NCBI GenBank assembly: GCA_964424195.1
Contig: CAYRHT010000004.1
Location: 76,769 to 140,768, forward strand
Direction: 5' to 3'
Length of the DNA: 64,000 bases
Origin: an uncultured Gammaproteobacteria bacterium
Lineage (GTDB): Bacteria; Patescibacteriota; Patescibacteriia; UBA1558; S5-K13
Part shown: positions 28,643-38,500 of the stretch, one piece after another
Layout: every line of letters starts with the position of its first letter
How positions within the stretch are numbered: position 1 is the first letter of the stretch
Position numbers and translations under genes: made by a program
Notes under the pieces: model-generated
Database searches by the model: none
What the model saw: only the letters and a program-made list of their open reading frames with translations
What the model was told of the DNA's origin: nothing

Positions 28643-29692
28643 ATGAAAATGATCTTTCAAAAAGCAGTACTGAGTTTTTTAGAAGAGAACAAGATGAAGC
28701 AAACATATCTTCTTCTCTTAAGTCTCGCGAGAGGTAAGCATGATATCGAAGAATTACATGGTTTACTTCGAGCAAATTGTCGTTTAGATAGAGAAGAGCT
28801 GTCTCTATTAAAGAGGGCTTGGAATAATCTCTATTCAGGTAATCCTCCCCAAGGAGGAATAAGACCTTCAAATGAAACTTGTCGAGAAATGTTTGAGAAA
28901 TGTTGTCCAGAGAAAGGATTAACAAAACATTATTTTAAGAAATTGATAGAGAATAGTATTTCTAGAGAGAGAAATCATCAGTATGGTAATCTTTATGCTT
29001 CTCATGTACCTGTCTATTTTTTTAAATTAACTTTCTTTCGTGAATTTATCAGTCTGAAATTATTTGATCAAAAATTCAAAGTACAATTTGATATTTTAGA
29101 TGATGAATTAGTGATTCAATTAATAATTTCTCAAGAAAAACTAACAGAGAAAGTAACTCATCAATTAATAAGTGAAATACCAGATTATTTTTGGGATCAT
29201 TACAAAATGACTTCTTCTAATACCTTTCTTAAATTTATATATTCAGTGAAATTATCTGAGCATAATAAACTTAAGAATATTATCCGCAGAGAGAAAGGGG
29301 AGGTAAAAAAAGATATTTATCTTGTCTCTGGTCATTGGGAATTTGTTTACTTCTTGCAAAATGTTTTGAAAGAAATTGGACTACCGATTACTGAAATTTT
29401 ATTTTCTTTTCCCGATACCTATACTTTTGTTAAAAAGTGTATCTTAGAGCTTGGTCCGAAAAATAATATGGAATTACCGGGTGGTAAAATTTTAGAATGC
29501 AAACAATTGGGTGCTGTGGATGGCGAACATGAAATTGATATCTATGCTCCGAAATATGAGATACCAACAAAGAAATTGAAGGAATGCATTCGTTCTTTAG
29601 TAGATGATGGTAAATCAATAGTTATTGCTTCTGGTAATGATGAAGATTATGAGGAATTGAGATGGACATTGTTAGATAAAATATCTGATTAG
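28643..29692 (+). CDS. Hypothetical protein (349 aa)
   Basis: Long ORF behind strong SD and structured leader; no recognised domain. Confidence 0.55.
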   Translation: MKMIFQKAVLSFLEENKMKQTYLLLLSLARGKHDIEELHGLLRANCRLDREELSLLKRAWNNLYSGNPPQGGIRPSNETCREMFEKCCPEKGLTKHYFKKLIENSISRERNHQYGNLYASHVPVYFFKLTFFREFISLKLFDQKFKVQFDILDDELVIQLIISQEKLTEKVTHQLISEIPDYFWDHYKMTSSNTFLKFIYSVKLSEHNKLKNIIRREKGEVKKDIYLVSGHWEFVYFLQNVLKEIGLPITEILFSFPDTYTFVKKCILELGPKNNMELPGGKILECKQLGAVDGEHEIDIYAPKYEIPTKKLKECIRSLVDDGKSIVIASGNDEDYEELRWTLLDKISD

Positions 29693-29713
29693 TGTTCAAA
29701 AGTAATTAATATT

Positions 29714-29748
29714 TGGAACCGATTAAGTTAGTCGGTTCCATTTTTTAT
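29714..29748 (+). terminator. Rho-independent terminator
   Basis: Perfect 8-bp stem ggaaccga/tcggttcc plus T-run. Confidence 0.75.
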
Positions 29749-29823
29749 TTCTTAAATTTTATTGACTAATTTACATTAATGAACTAAGTTAGGAAAAGAA
29801 TAAATAAAAAAATAGGAGGATAT

Positions 29824-30807
29824 ATGAAAACAATTATTGTTGGTGCTGTGGGAAGATGGGGATATGGCATCCTTCATCTAGTAAAGAAATTTTCTAAAAT
29901 TATCGCTGTTGATTTTAGTAAAGATGTTCAAACTTTAATGCAAGATGAAGCAGTTTTGTATTGCGTTCAGAAACTAAGCCAGCTCCAGAGAGCTAATATT
30001 GATTATAATGCGGAATTAATGATTATTGCTATTCCTGGACAATACTTTCGTAAGTTTTTAAAAGATAATATTGATTTTCTAAAAGCCTATTCAGGTATTG
30101 TAGTTTTACAGATGAAGGCTTTGGAAGTTGGAACTGGCAAGACTTTAACTGAGATTTGGGATGAAATTATTGGTACTAATCGTAGAGTTGTCTTAGTCGG
30201 ACCAGTTCATTCTGAGTACCTTGTTGAAGGTAAACCAGTTTCTATGGTTTTGTTAGCTGAAAAAGAAAATCAAGATGTTATTGATCAAGTATTAGAACTG
30301 TACAAACACCCTTCTTTAAAGTTAAGAATTCAGCATGATGTCCAAGGAGGTCAAATAGGTTCATCTTTAAAGAATCCAGTGGGAATAATGGTTGGTGTGG
30401 CAATTGGTTCAGGATATGAATCTTTAGTGGGCGACTTAATTACCCGATCTTTAAAAGAAGTTAGTGAAGTAATTGTTCTGAAAGGTGGTCAGAAAGAAAC
30501 TGCCTATGGACTTTCTCATTTAGGAGATTATGCTGCCACTGCTTTTTGTGATTTAAGTCATAATCGGAAATACGGAGAATTTTTAGCTACTGGCAGTGGT
30601 AAATGGCGAGGAGGTTTAGTAGAGGGTATTAAAACTACTGGAGCTTTTTGGTCTTCGGTGAGTGATATTGAGTCAGTTGAAAAATCAACTACTAGTAATT
30701 CTCGATTTCCATTATTTAGAGCTCTCTATGGAATCTTGTTTGAAGGATATGATATTGAAGATTCTATTAAAGCATTGCGCGCTAGAGAAATAAAAGAAGA
30801 ATTTTAA
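29824..30807 (+). CDS. Divergent NAD(P)H-dependent glycerol-3-phosphate dehydrogenase (GpsA)-like protein
   Basis: Rossmann N-terminus; GPVHSEYL...; LKNPVGIMVGVAIGSGYE...LITRSLKE aligns with GpsA KNVIAIAAG...ALITRGLAE block. Confidence 0.65.
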   Translation: MKTIIVGAVGRWGYGILHLVKKFSKIIAVDFSKDVQTLMQDEAVLYCVQKLSQLQRANIDYNAELMIIAIPGQYFRKFLKDNIDFLKAYSGIVVLQMKALEVGTGKTLTEIWDEIIGTNRRVVLVGPVHSEYLVEGKPVSMVLLAEKENQDVIDQVLELYKHPSLKLRIQHDVQGGQIGSSLKNPVGIMVGVAIGSGYESLVGDLITRSLKEVSEVIVLKGGQKETAYGLSHLGDYAATAFCDLSHNRKYGEFLATGSGKWRGGLVEGIKTTGAFWSSVSDIESVEKSTTSNSRFPLFRALYGILFEGYDIEDSIKALRAREIKEEF

Positions 30808-30813
30808 GAAAGT

Positions 30814-30847
30814 GATGGTCTCTTACTTAGGGACCATCTTTTTATTT
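30814..30847 (+). terminator. Rho-independent terminator
   Basis: gatggtc...gaccatc stem plus T-run. Confidence 0.7.
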
Positions 30848-30949
30848 GATTTTATTTAAAATATGTGTTAATATATCTATACTTTTAGCTAAAAAAGCCC
30901 ATGGAATAGGCTTGAAATAGGTATTTTTAGAACAATAATATTTAATAGA

Positions 30950-31717
30950 ATGGTAGAAGAAAAAGGTCCAAAGATTGAAGAAGAAGTAATTAAAGAAGAT
31001 TCTTTAGTATCTAAAAAAAGTTTTTGGAAATCATTTTTTGGTTTTATCACTGATGGAATAAAGGTTATCTTTTCTTTGTTTTTTATTTCTAATTCAGCAA
31101 AACCACTTACTAGTGAAGAGCTTAAGCCTTTAACACCTAAAACTAGCTTTTGGAAGTCTGCTCTTAGTTTTAGTTTAGAGATCTTAAAGACAGTTATTAT
31201 TTCTCTAGCTATTATTCTGCCAATTAGATATTTTGTAATTCAACCTTTCATGGTTGATGGAGCTTCAATGGAACCTAACTTTTACAATAAACAATACTTA
31301 GTGATTAATGAAATTTCATATCGTTTTCAAGAACCTAGTAGAGGAGAAGTAGTAGTTTTCAAGAATCCTCAAAATACAAAAGAATACTATATTAAAAGAA
31401 TTATTGCTTTACCAGGTGAAACTGTGAAAGTAGAGGGTGGAGAAATATATGTTCAAGAGATTGCTAAAGATGATTTTGTTCAAATTAAAGAGTTTGATTA
31501 TTTACCAGAAGATACTAAGACTTTTGGGAATATTCAGAATTTAGAATTGGGAAATGATGAATATTTTGTTTTAGGAGATAATCGGAAGAATTCTAAGGAT
31601 TCTAGAATATTAGGACCAATAAAGAGAGAGTTAATTACTGGTAAAGTTTGGGTGAGAGGTTTTCCTTTTAAAGAAGCTCAAATATTTAATTTTTCAGAAT
31701 ATGATTACGGATTGTAA
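30950..31717 (+). CDS. lepB: Signal peptidase I with about 100-aa N-terminal extension
   Basis: Catalytic Ser (DGASMEPN) and Lys (YIKRIIALPGE), GDNR box. Confidence 0.85.
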   Translation: MVEEKGPKIEEEVIKEDSLVSKKSFWKSFFGFITDGIKVIFSLFFISNSAKPLTSEELKPLTPKTSFWKSALSFSLEILKTVIISLAIILPIRYFVIQPFMVDGASMEPNFYNKQYLVINEISYRFQEPSRGEVVVFKNPQNTKEYYIKRIIALPGETVKVEGGEIYVQEIAKDDFVQIKEFDYLPEDTKTFGNIQNLELGNDEYFVLGDNRKNSKDSRILGPIKRELITGKVWVRGFPFKEAQIFNFSEYDYGL

Positions 31718-31738
31718 ATTTATAATTTAAATAATATT

Positions 31739-33115
31739 ATGGCCAAAAAGCCAGTTAAAAAAACAACTAAAGCTAAGCCTAAAGCAAAGAGTCCTACTAA
31801 GTCAAAGAAAAGAAAATTTTCTTTGGTTAAGGGTTTTAAAGATATCCTGCCAGTAGATCAAATGTATTGGAATTTTGTAAGAGAGAAGTTTACTAGTATT
31901 TCTCATTCTTATGGTTTTCAAAGAATAGATATTCCAATTGTTGAAGAAACAGGTTTGTTTGCTCGAGGAATTGGAGAAGAAACAGATGTAGTTTCTAAAG
32001 AAATGTTTTCTTTTAAAACTTTAGGAAAAGAAGAAGTAAGTTTAAGACCAGAAGGAACAGCTGGTGTTGTTCGAGCATATATTGAACATGGAATGTTGAA
32101 TAAGCCAAAGCCAGTGAAAGTATACTATACTGGTCCAATGTTTAGATATGATCGTCCTCAAGCTGGTCGTTATCGACAATTCTATCAATTTGGTTTAGAA
32201 GCTATTGGAGATGATGATCCAATTATTGATGCTCAGCTAATATATCTATGTAAACAAATGTATAGTGATATTGGTATTCCAGTCGAGATACAGATTAATA
32301 GTATTGGTTGTAAAAAATGTAGAAAAGCATATATTAAAGTATTAAAGAATTATTTAAAGAAAAATAGAAATAAGCTTTGTACTAATTGTAAGAATCGTTA
32401 TTTGAAAAATCCTCTACGAGTATTAGATTGTAAGGAAAAGAAATGTAAAGAAGTAGTAGTAGATGCTCCGCAGATAGTTGATCACTTATGTGAAGACTGT
32501 AATAATCATTTTGTAAAAGTCTTAGAATATTTAGAAGATGCAGAAACACCTTATGTTTTAAATCCTTTTATTGTTCGAGGTTTAGATTATTACAATAGAA
32601 CAACTTTTGAAGTATTTCCTCAGGGAGATGAAGGAAGTCAAAGTGCTTTGGCTGGAGGAGGTCGTTATGATACTCTAATCAAAACTCTTTGTGGTCAAGA
32701 AACTCCAGCAATTGGTTTGGCTATTGGAATGGAAAGAACCATTGCTAAGCTAAGAGAAAAAGAAGAAACTCCAGGAGTAAAGAAAAACAAAGAAATTGTT
32801 AAAAGTAATCGTTGTGATATTTTTGTGGCTCAGTTAGGAGAACAAGCTCGAAAGAAAGCTTTAGTTCTATTTGAAGACTTAAGAAAAGCTGGATTCAATG
32901 TTGGAGAAAGTCTTTCTAAGTCAGCATTAAAAGCTCAGCTAGAAGCTTCGAATAGAAAGAAGGCTAAGTTGAGTATTATTATTGGTCAAAAGGAAATATT
33001 GGATAAAACAATTTTAATTAGAGATATGGAAAGTGGAAATCAAGAAATTGTTCCGGAAGATCAAATATTAAAAGTATTAAAAAGAAGGTTACATAGTTTA
33101 AATATAAAAAAATAA
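31739..33115 (+). CDS. hisS: Histidine--tRNA ligase with Lys-rich N-terminal tail and Cys-rich insertion
   Basis: Class II motifs (RPEGTAGVVR, YTGPMFRYDRPQAGRYRQFYQ, GGGRYD). Confidence 0.9.
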   Translation: MAKKPVKKTTKAKPKAKSPTKSKKRKFSLVKGFKDILPVDQMYWNFVREKFTSISHSYGFQRIDIPIVEETGLFARGIGEETDVVSKEMFSFKTLGKEEVSLRPEGTAGVVRAYIEHGMLNKPKPVKVYYTGPMFRYDRPQAGRYRQFYQFGLEAIGDDDPIIDAQLIYLCKQMYSDIGIPVEIQINSIGCKKCRKAYIKVLKNYLKKNRNKLCTNCKNRYLKNPLRVLDCKEKKCKEVVVDAPQIVDHLCEDCNNHFVKVLEYLEDAETPYVLNPFIVRGLDYYNRTTFEVFPQGDEGSQSALAGGGRYDTLIKTLCGQETPAIGLAIGMERTIAKLREKEETPGVKKNKEIVKSNRCDIFVAQLGEQARKKALVLFEDLRKAGFNVGESLSKSALKAQLEASNRKKAKLSIIIGQKEILDKTILIRDMESGNQEIVPEDQILKVLKRRLHSLNIKK

Positions 33116-33147
33116 TCAAGTTTAACTTGAAAACATAAAGAAAGGAA

Positions 33148-33375
33148 GTGAATCCAATGGTAGAAGTAAAAAACAAAGGTAATGAACCATTTGAAAGATT
33201 ATTAAGAAGATTTACAAAGAAAATAATTCAAAGTGGTAAGTTGCTTCAAGCTCGAAAAGTTAGATTTAAGAAGAAAGCTAAGACTAAAAGAGAGTATAAA
33301 GAAGCATCTACATATAAAAGAAATATGCAGGATGAGAGAGATTATCTTAGAAAAATTGGTAAACTAGAAGATTAA
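33148..33375 (+). CDS. rpsU: 30S ribosomal protein S21 (GTG at 33148 or more likely ATG at 33157)
   Basis: NEPFERLLRRF..K....G.L...R...F.KK S21 pattern; yqeY-like gene follows. Confidence 0.75.
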   Translation: MNPMVEVKNKGNEPFERLLRRFTKKIIQSGKLLQARKVRFKKKAKTKREYKEASTYKRNMQDERDYLRKIGKLED

Positions 33376-33412
33376 AAACAAGTTCCTCATTTAATTATTA
33401 TAAAGCAAATAA

Positions 33413-33859
33413 ATGAGTTTAAAGGAAACAATTGATAAAGATTTAATTTCAGCACTGAAATCAAGAGATGAAAAGGTGGTGTTAGTTTTAAGGTCGCTGA
33501 AGAATTCTTTGAACAATAAAGAAAAAGAAGAAAAGAAAGATTTAAATGATCAAGAAATAATTAAAATCCTCCTATCAGAATCTAAAAAGCGGAAAGATAG
33601 TATTGAACAATTCAAAAAAGGTGGGCGAGAAGATTTAGTAGTCCAAGAAACTAAAGAAGTAGAAATTATTCAAAAGTATCTTCCAGAAATGAAGTCGGAA
33701 GAAGAGACAAAAAGCATAGTTTGTGATATAATAAAGTCAGAAGACATTGAGAAATCAATGAGTAATTTTGGGCAAGTCATGAAATCTGCTATGCAGAAAT
33801 TAGATGGTCAAGCCGAAGGAAATATAGTTTCCAAAGTTGTTAAAGAAGAATTAAATTAG
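33413..33859 (+). CDS. GatB/YqeY-domain protein
   Basis: YqeY family similarity; conserved rpsU-yqeY neighbourhood. Confidence 0.8.
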   Translation: MSLKETIDKDLISALKSRDEKVVLVLRSLKNSLNNKEKEEKKDLNDQEIIKILLSESKKRKDSIEQFKKGGREDLVVQETKEVEIIQKYLPEMKSEEETKSIVCDIIKSEDIEKSMSNFGQVMKSAMQKLDGQAEGNIVSKVVKEELN

Positions 33860-33888
33860 AGAAAACAAAAATAAATAAGTTTAAATTA

Positions 33889-35496
33889 ATGTTTTTGTCA
33901 AAAAACAATAAAGTTAATTTTAAAGTAACTGTTGCCAGTTTAGTTTTGGTATCAACAGTTATTTTTTTTATACCTTTAATTTCATCAGCTCAAATATTAG
34001 TTCCTCAAGTTGCTAATCTAGGAACAGCAGATATTAAAACAATGGCTGGAACACTTATTCAAGTATTCCTAGGTCTTTTAGGTTTAATTGCTTTAGTGAT
34101 AATTATTTATGGTGGATATGTTTGGATGACTTCTGGTGGTAATGAAGAAAAAGTTACTCAAGCTAAGAAAATATTAACATCAGCAGTGATTGGCATTATA
34201 ATTATTATGACTTCCTATGTTATAACTAGTTTTATATTAGAATCTGTTCAAAATAATTCTGGTAATAATGGTTCTAATAATCCGAATGGTAACAACATTA
34301 GTACTGGTTTAGGAAGCGGGGCTTTAGGAGGTGGTTTAATTGAATATCACTATCCAGAAAGAGATGCTGACGATGTTCCTCGAAATACTATGATTATGAT
34401 TACTTTTAAAACACCAATAGCTTTAGAGAGTGTTATTGATGGTAATTTTGGAAATGATGCTACTTGTGATCCTTATATCACAGAAGAAGGAATTGAGTGT
34501 GGAAAGTTAAGTGAAAAGATTCAAATTTTAGATAATGGATTTTTAAGAGATAATGAAATGATTATTGCTGTTTTAACTGCAGATGCTCAAAGAGTTTTAA
34601 TTAAACCAATAGAGGCTCTAGGAAATGAAGATTCAAATACTAATACTACTATTCGTTTAGCTTCTGATATGGAAAGTGTCGAAGGACAGACCTTATTTCC
34701 AGGATTAGAAAATGGTTATAGTTGGCAATTTGAAATTAGTACCTTTCTAGATTTAACTCCTCCAGAAGTTACTTTTGTTTGGCCAGCTCAAGATGATATA
34801 GTAGCTCGAAATGCAATTGTGCAAATTAATTTTTCAGAACCAATAAACATTTTAAGTGTTGATGGTAATATTCTTATTCAAGATGATGATAATTTAACAG
34901 GTGAGCTAAAAATTAGTAATCAATATCGAACTGTAGAATTTTTATCAGATGGAGACTGTGGTGGAGTAAATATCAATTCTTGTGGTGAGAAGGTTTTCTG
35001 TTTACCAGCTACTTCTTTAATTAGAGGAGTTGTTGATAATATTGGTGATGCTTCGGGAAATATTATGTCCGAAGAATATCTTTGGACTTTTAGCACTAGT
35101 AATGAAGTAAATACTACTGCTCCAGAAATTACTAATGTTTCTCCAAGTACAATTAATGTTCAAATCAATCCTAATCCTCAAATTTCAGCAATTTTTGATA
35201 AAGTTATTAGTCCGAGTTCTTTAAATACGGATAATTTTTATATCTATAATAATAGTGCTTGTGATGGAGAAGAATATGAAGATCAAGAAGGAAAGAGTCG
35301 AATCAATAATATTTGTTTGCCATCCTATTCAGTTTTTGCGAACGAAGATAATCATAGATGTAATATTAAATTGTATGCACCATACTTAGATCAATTTTCT
35401 AATTATCGTCCTCGTTTAACTTCAGAAATTAAAGATTCTTATGGAAATTGTTTTAATAGTGCTATTGGACCAGGTGGTAGTGGACAACAAAATTAG
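33889..35496 (+). CDS. Surface protein: signal peptide + two-helix pilin-like N-module, then Ig-like (Big_5-type) repeats (535 aa)
   Basis: N-terminal 115 aa about 80% identical to start of next gene; PPEVT/APEIT Big-like repeat starts. Confidence 0.6.
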   Translation: MFLSKNNKVNFKVTVASLVLVSTVIFFIPLISSAQILVPQVANLGTADIKTMAGTLIQVFLGLLGLIALVIIIYGGYVWMTSGGNEEKVTQAKKILTSAVIGIIIIMTSYVITSFILESVQNNSGNNGSNNPNGNNISTGLGSGALGGGLIEYHYPERDADDVPRNTMIMITFKTPIALESVIDGNFGNDATCDPYITEEGIECGKLSEKIQILDNGFLRDNEMIIAVLTADAQRVLIKPIEALGNEDSNTNTTIRLASDMESVEGQTLFPGLENGYSWQFEISTFLDLTPPEVTFVWPAQDDIVARNAIVQINFSEPINILSVDGNILIQDDDNLTGELKISNQYRTVEFLSDGDCGGVNINSCGEKVFCLPATSLIRGVVDNIGDASGNIMSEEYLWTFSTSNEVNTTAPEITNVSPSTINVQINPNPQISAIFDKVISPSSLNTDNFYIYNNSACDGEEYEDQEGKSRINNICLPSYSVFANEDNHRCNIKLYAPYLDQFSNYRPRLTSEIKDSYGNCFNSAIGPGGSGQQN

Positions 35497-35525
35497 ATTA
35501 ATATATATATTAAATTTTTAAATTA

Positions 35526-38500
35526 ATGATCAAGAAGAAAAAGAATATATTTAGATTATTAACCCTTTCGATGATAGGTATTTTTGCTTTACCTTTAGTT
35601 TCTTTTGCTCAAATATTAGTTCCGCAGGTTGCTGGTTTAGGAACAGCAGATATTAAAACAGTAGCTGGAACACTTATTCAAGTATTCTTAGGTCTCTTAG
35701 GTTTAATTGCTTTAGTAATTGTTTTAGTCGCTGGTTTTAAATGGATGACTTCTGGTGGTAATGAAGAAAAAGTGTCAGAAGCTAAGAAAATGTTAATAGC
35801 AGGAGTAATTGGTCTAGTAATTATTATGGCTTCTTATGTAATAACTAGTTTTATATTAGATAGTATTCAGGGAGCTATAGATGGTCCAGGAGAAGATGAT
35901 CAAACTTGTTCAGTTGGAGTCTGTTATACTTGTAATCGATGTGATTCTGATGGTGATTTAATCTACGACAATACTTGTCCGGGGTGTAATAATTCAATAG
36001 CTGATTTTAATTTTAGAACAAATTGGTATAGTCCTCAGAGCAATAATGTTTCACTTTGTTCAATGATTCAAATTAAGTTTAATGCTAATCTAGATCAAGA
36101 TTATTTTAATGATAATATTAAGCCTGGTTCAACACCAATTGGAACCAGTCAATCTCAAAGTCTCTTTCATTTTTATGAATGTTTAGAATATGCTGATAAT
36201 CAGTGTGTTAAAGTAAGCGATGATTTAGTAGAAAATAGTTCTCAATTTACAATTAATGAAAATATTTTACAATTTAGATTAGGGGAAGATTATGCGGAAG
36301 ATACTTATTATGTTGTTGATTTACCTTTGAAGGGCATTAAGCAAGAAGGAGAGAGTAAGTATTTAAGTAATAATTTAACCTGGACTTTTAAAACTGGAAA
36401 AGAAACAGATATTAATCCACCAACAGTCATTAATGTTTTTCCAGGACCAGAAGGAGAGGTTTGTTTAAATTCTTATATCGAGATTGAATTTTCTGAGGAT
36501 ATGGATTTGAATTCCTTAAAAGACCTAGAAGCTTTCCGTTTATATGAAAATATACCAGATAATTTAAGTGATATAGAGTTTTTACATAGTGTTCAGAATG
36601 ATAAGTTAATTGTTCATCCAGATCGGAATTATAATTTAAATCATAATTACTTCCCAGTATTAAATGGGGATGTTATTAAAGATACTTGTGGTAATTTACT
36701 AGATGGTGATTTTGATGGAAAATCAGAATATGCTCCAACAGATGATTATCCAACTAATGGTCCTAGTGTTGCTTGGAATTTTAAAACTGGAGAAAATGAA
36801 TATTGTCAGCCTCAGATTACTGGAGTAACTTCTGAAACATATTATGATGATGATTCACCTTTAACTATAACTGGTCATTATTTATCAGGCGGAACTACTT
36901 TGGTTTTTAATGATGATCTTGTAATTGATGAAAACAGTAATCTATGTTTAAACGATTCCTATTGGCCAGATGATTTATGTGCTGCTGGAACCTGGGAAGT
37001 CAATGAAATAAATACCTTTATTCCAGCTGATGGAGGAGATAGTTTTGGAGTAATAGCTGAGAAACCTTCTATTAAAATTCAAACAGATCAGGGTTCAACA
37101 GAGGAAAACTTTGCTTTATTAAGTCCAAGAATAGTTAAAATATCACCAGACAGAGGTGGTAAAGGACAATATATTAGTGTTCTAGGTAATAATTTTGATG
37201 AATTTCAGGATATTAATTTTGCAGAATCTAAAATCTTTTTTAGATCAGAAAGTGATGAATATTTAGAAGCTGATTTACCATGTGATAAAGAAGGATGGAA
37301 AAATAATTCTATTGTTATAACTGCACCAGAAGGACTGGAAGTTAATAGTTCTTACAGAATTCAAATTAAAAAAGTTTTAGTAAATGATGTCGAATACTGG
37401 AGTAATTTAGGAGATTATTATTATAATGAAGAAGATGCTGGTCCAGGTTTATGTTCTATTAACAAAGAGACTATTGAATATGAAGACGAGTTTATTTTAG
37501 ACGGTTTTAAATTAGGAGATTCTAATATAGAGAGAAGAGTTGTTTTAGGAGATGACTATAATTCTACTTCAGCACCAACAATTAATTGGGGAGATCCAGT
37601 AGATGGACAAGATACTAGAGTTGTAGCTCAAGCGCCTAATCTAGCTAGTGCTGATGATATTGGTGTTCGAGTAGCAGTAGAAATAGATGGTGAATTAAGA
37701 TTTAGTAATTATTTAAATGTAGATGTTCTGTCTGATTTTTCAGATCAATTTTATATAAGTTATATTTCTCCAGAAGTAGCTTCAGTAGGTGAGTATATTA
37801 CTATCTATGGTTCAGGATTTGGTAATAGTCAAGGAGATCAAACAGTTAGATTTTATAACAATACATTCACTTGGCCAGAAGGAGATTTTAATTTTCCAGA
37901 AGCTTGCTCTAGTGTTTACTGGCAGGATGATCAGATCATTGTTAAAGTACCAGAAATATTTACTACTCTTCCTTTTGAGTCTCAGATTAAAGTTGTTAAT
38001 GATCAAATTGAAACTGCTGCAGTTGCAGTAGAAATTGATGATGAAGATCCTGCTCCTTCAATTTGTAGTGTTAATCCAGAACTTGGAACTTTGGGAGATG
38101 AATTAGAAATTATTGGGGAATATTTAAATGATGTTGATTGGCTTACCTTTGCTTATGAAACAGATGATGCTTTGGATATTAGACCAAATAGTACTAATAA
38201 AGGTGTAGTTGAAGTTAGTGTTCCAGAAACTAATACTGGTTTAATCTCTGCTCATAATACTAGCGGTTATGGAAATACTTGGAATTTTGAATATCAAAAA
38301 GTAGAAGAAGGTCCAGCAGAAGAATGGGATTTCTATGGTTGGGAGTTTACTACTTGTACTCAATGTGAGAGTCCGCGAGTCAGAGTTCAATCTTGTGATG
38401 CTGAACTTAAGTTTTCACCTTCACCTGCTCCAGGGAATAAATTTGTACCTTTAGGTTCTAATGTTTATATCGAATTTGAATATCAAGATGAAGATCCTGC

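Noticed and set aside
28614-28925. 103-aa minus-strand ORF overlapping the structured leader and the start of gene 28643
   Set aside because: Antisense to a strong promoter-SD-ORF unit; no independent support.
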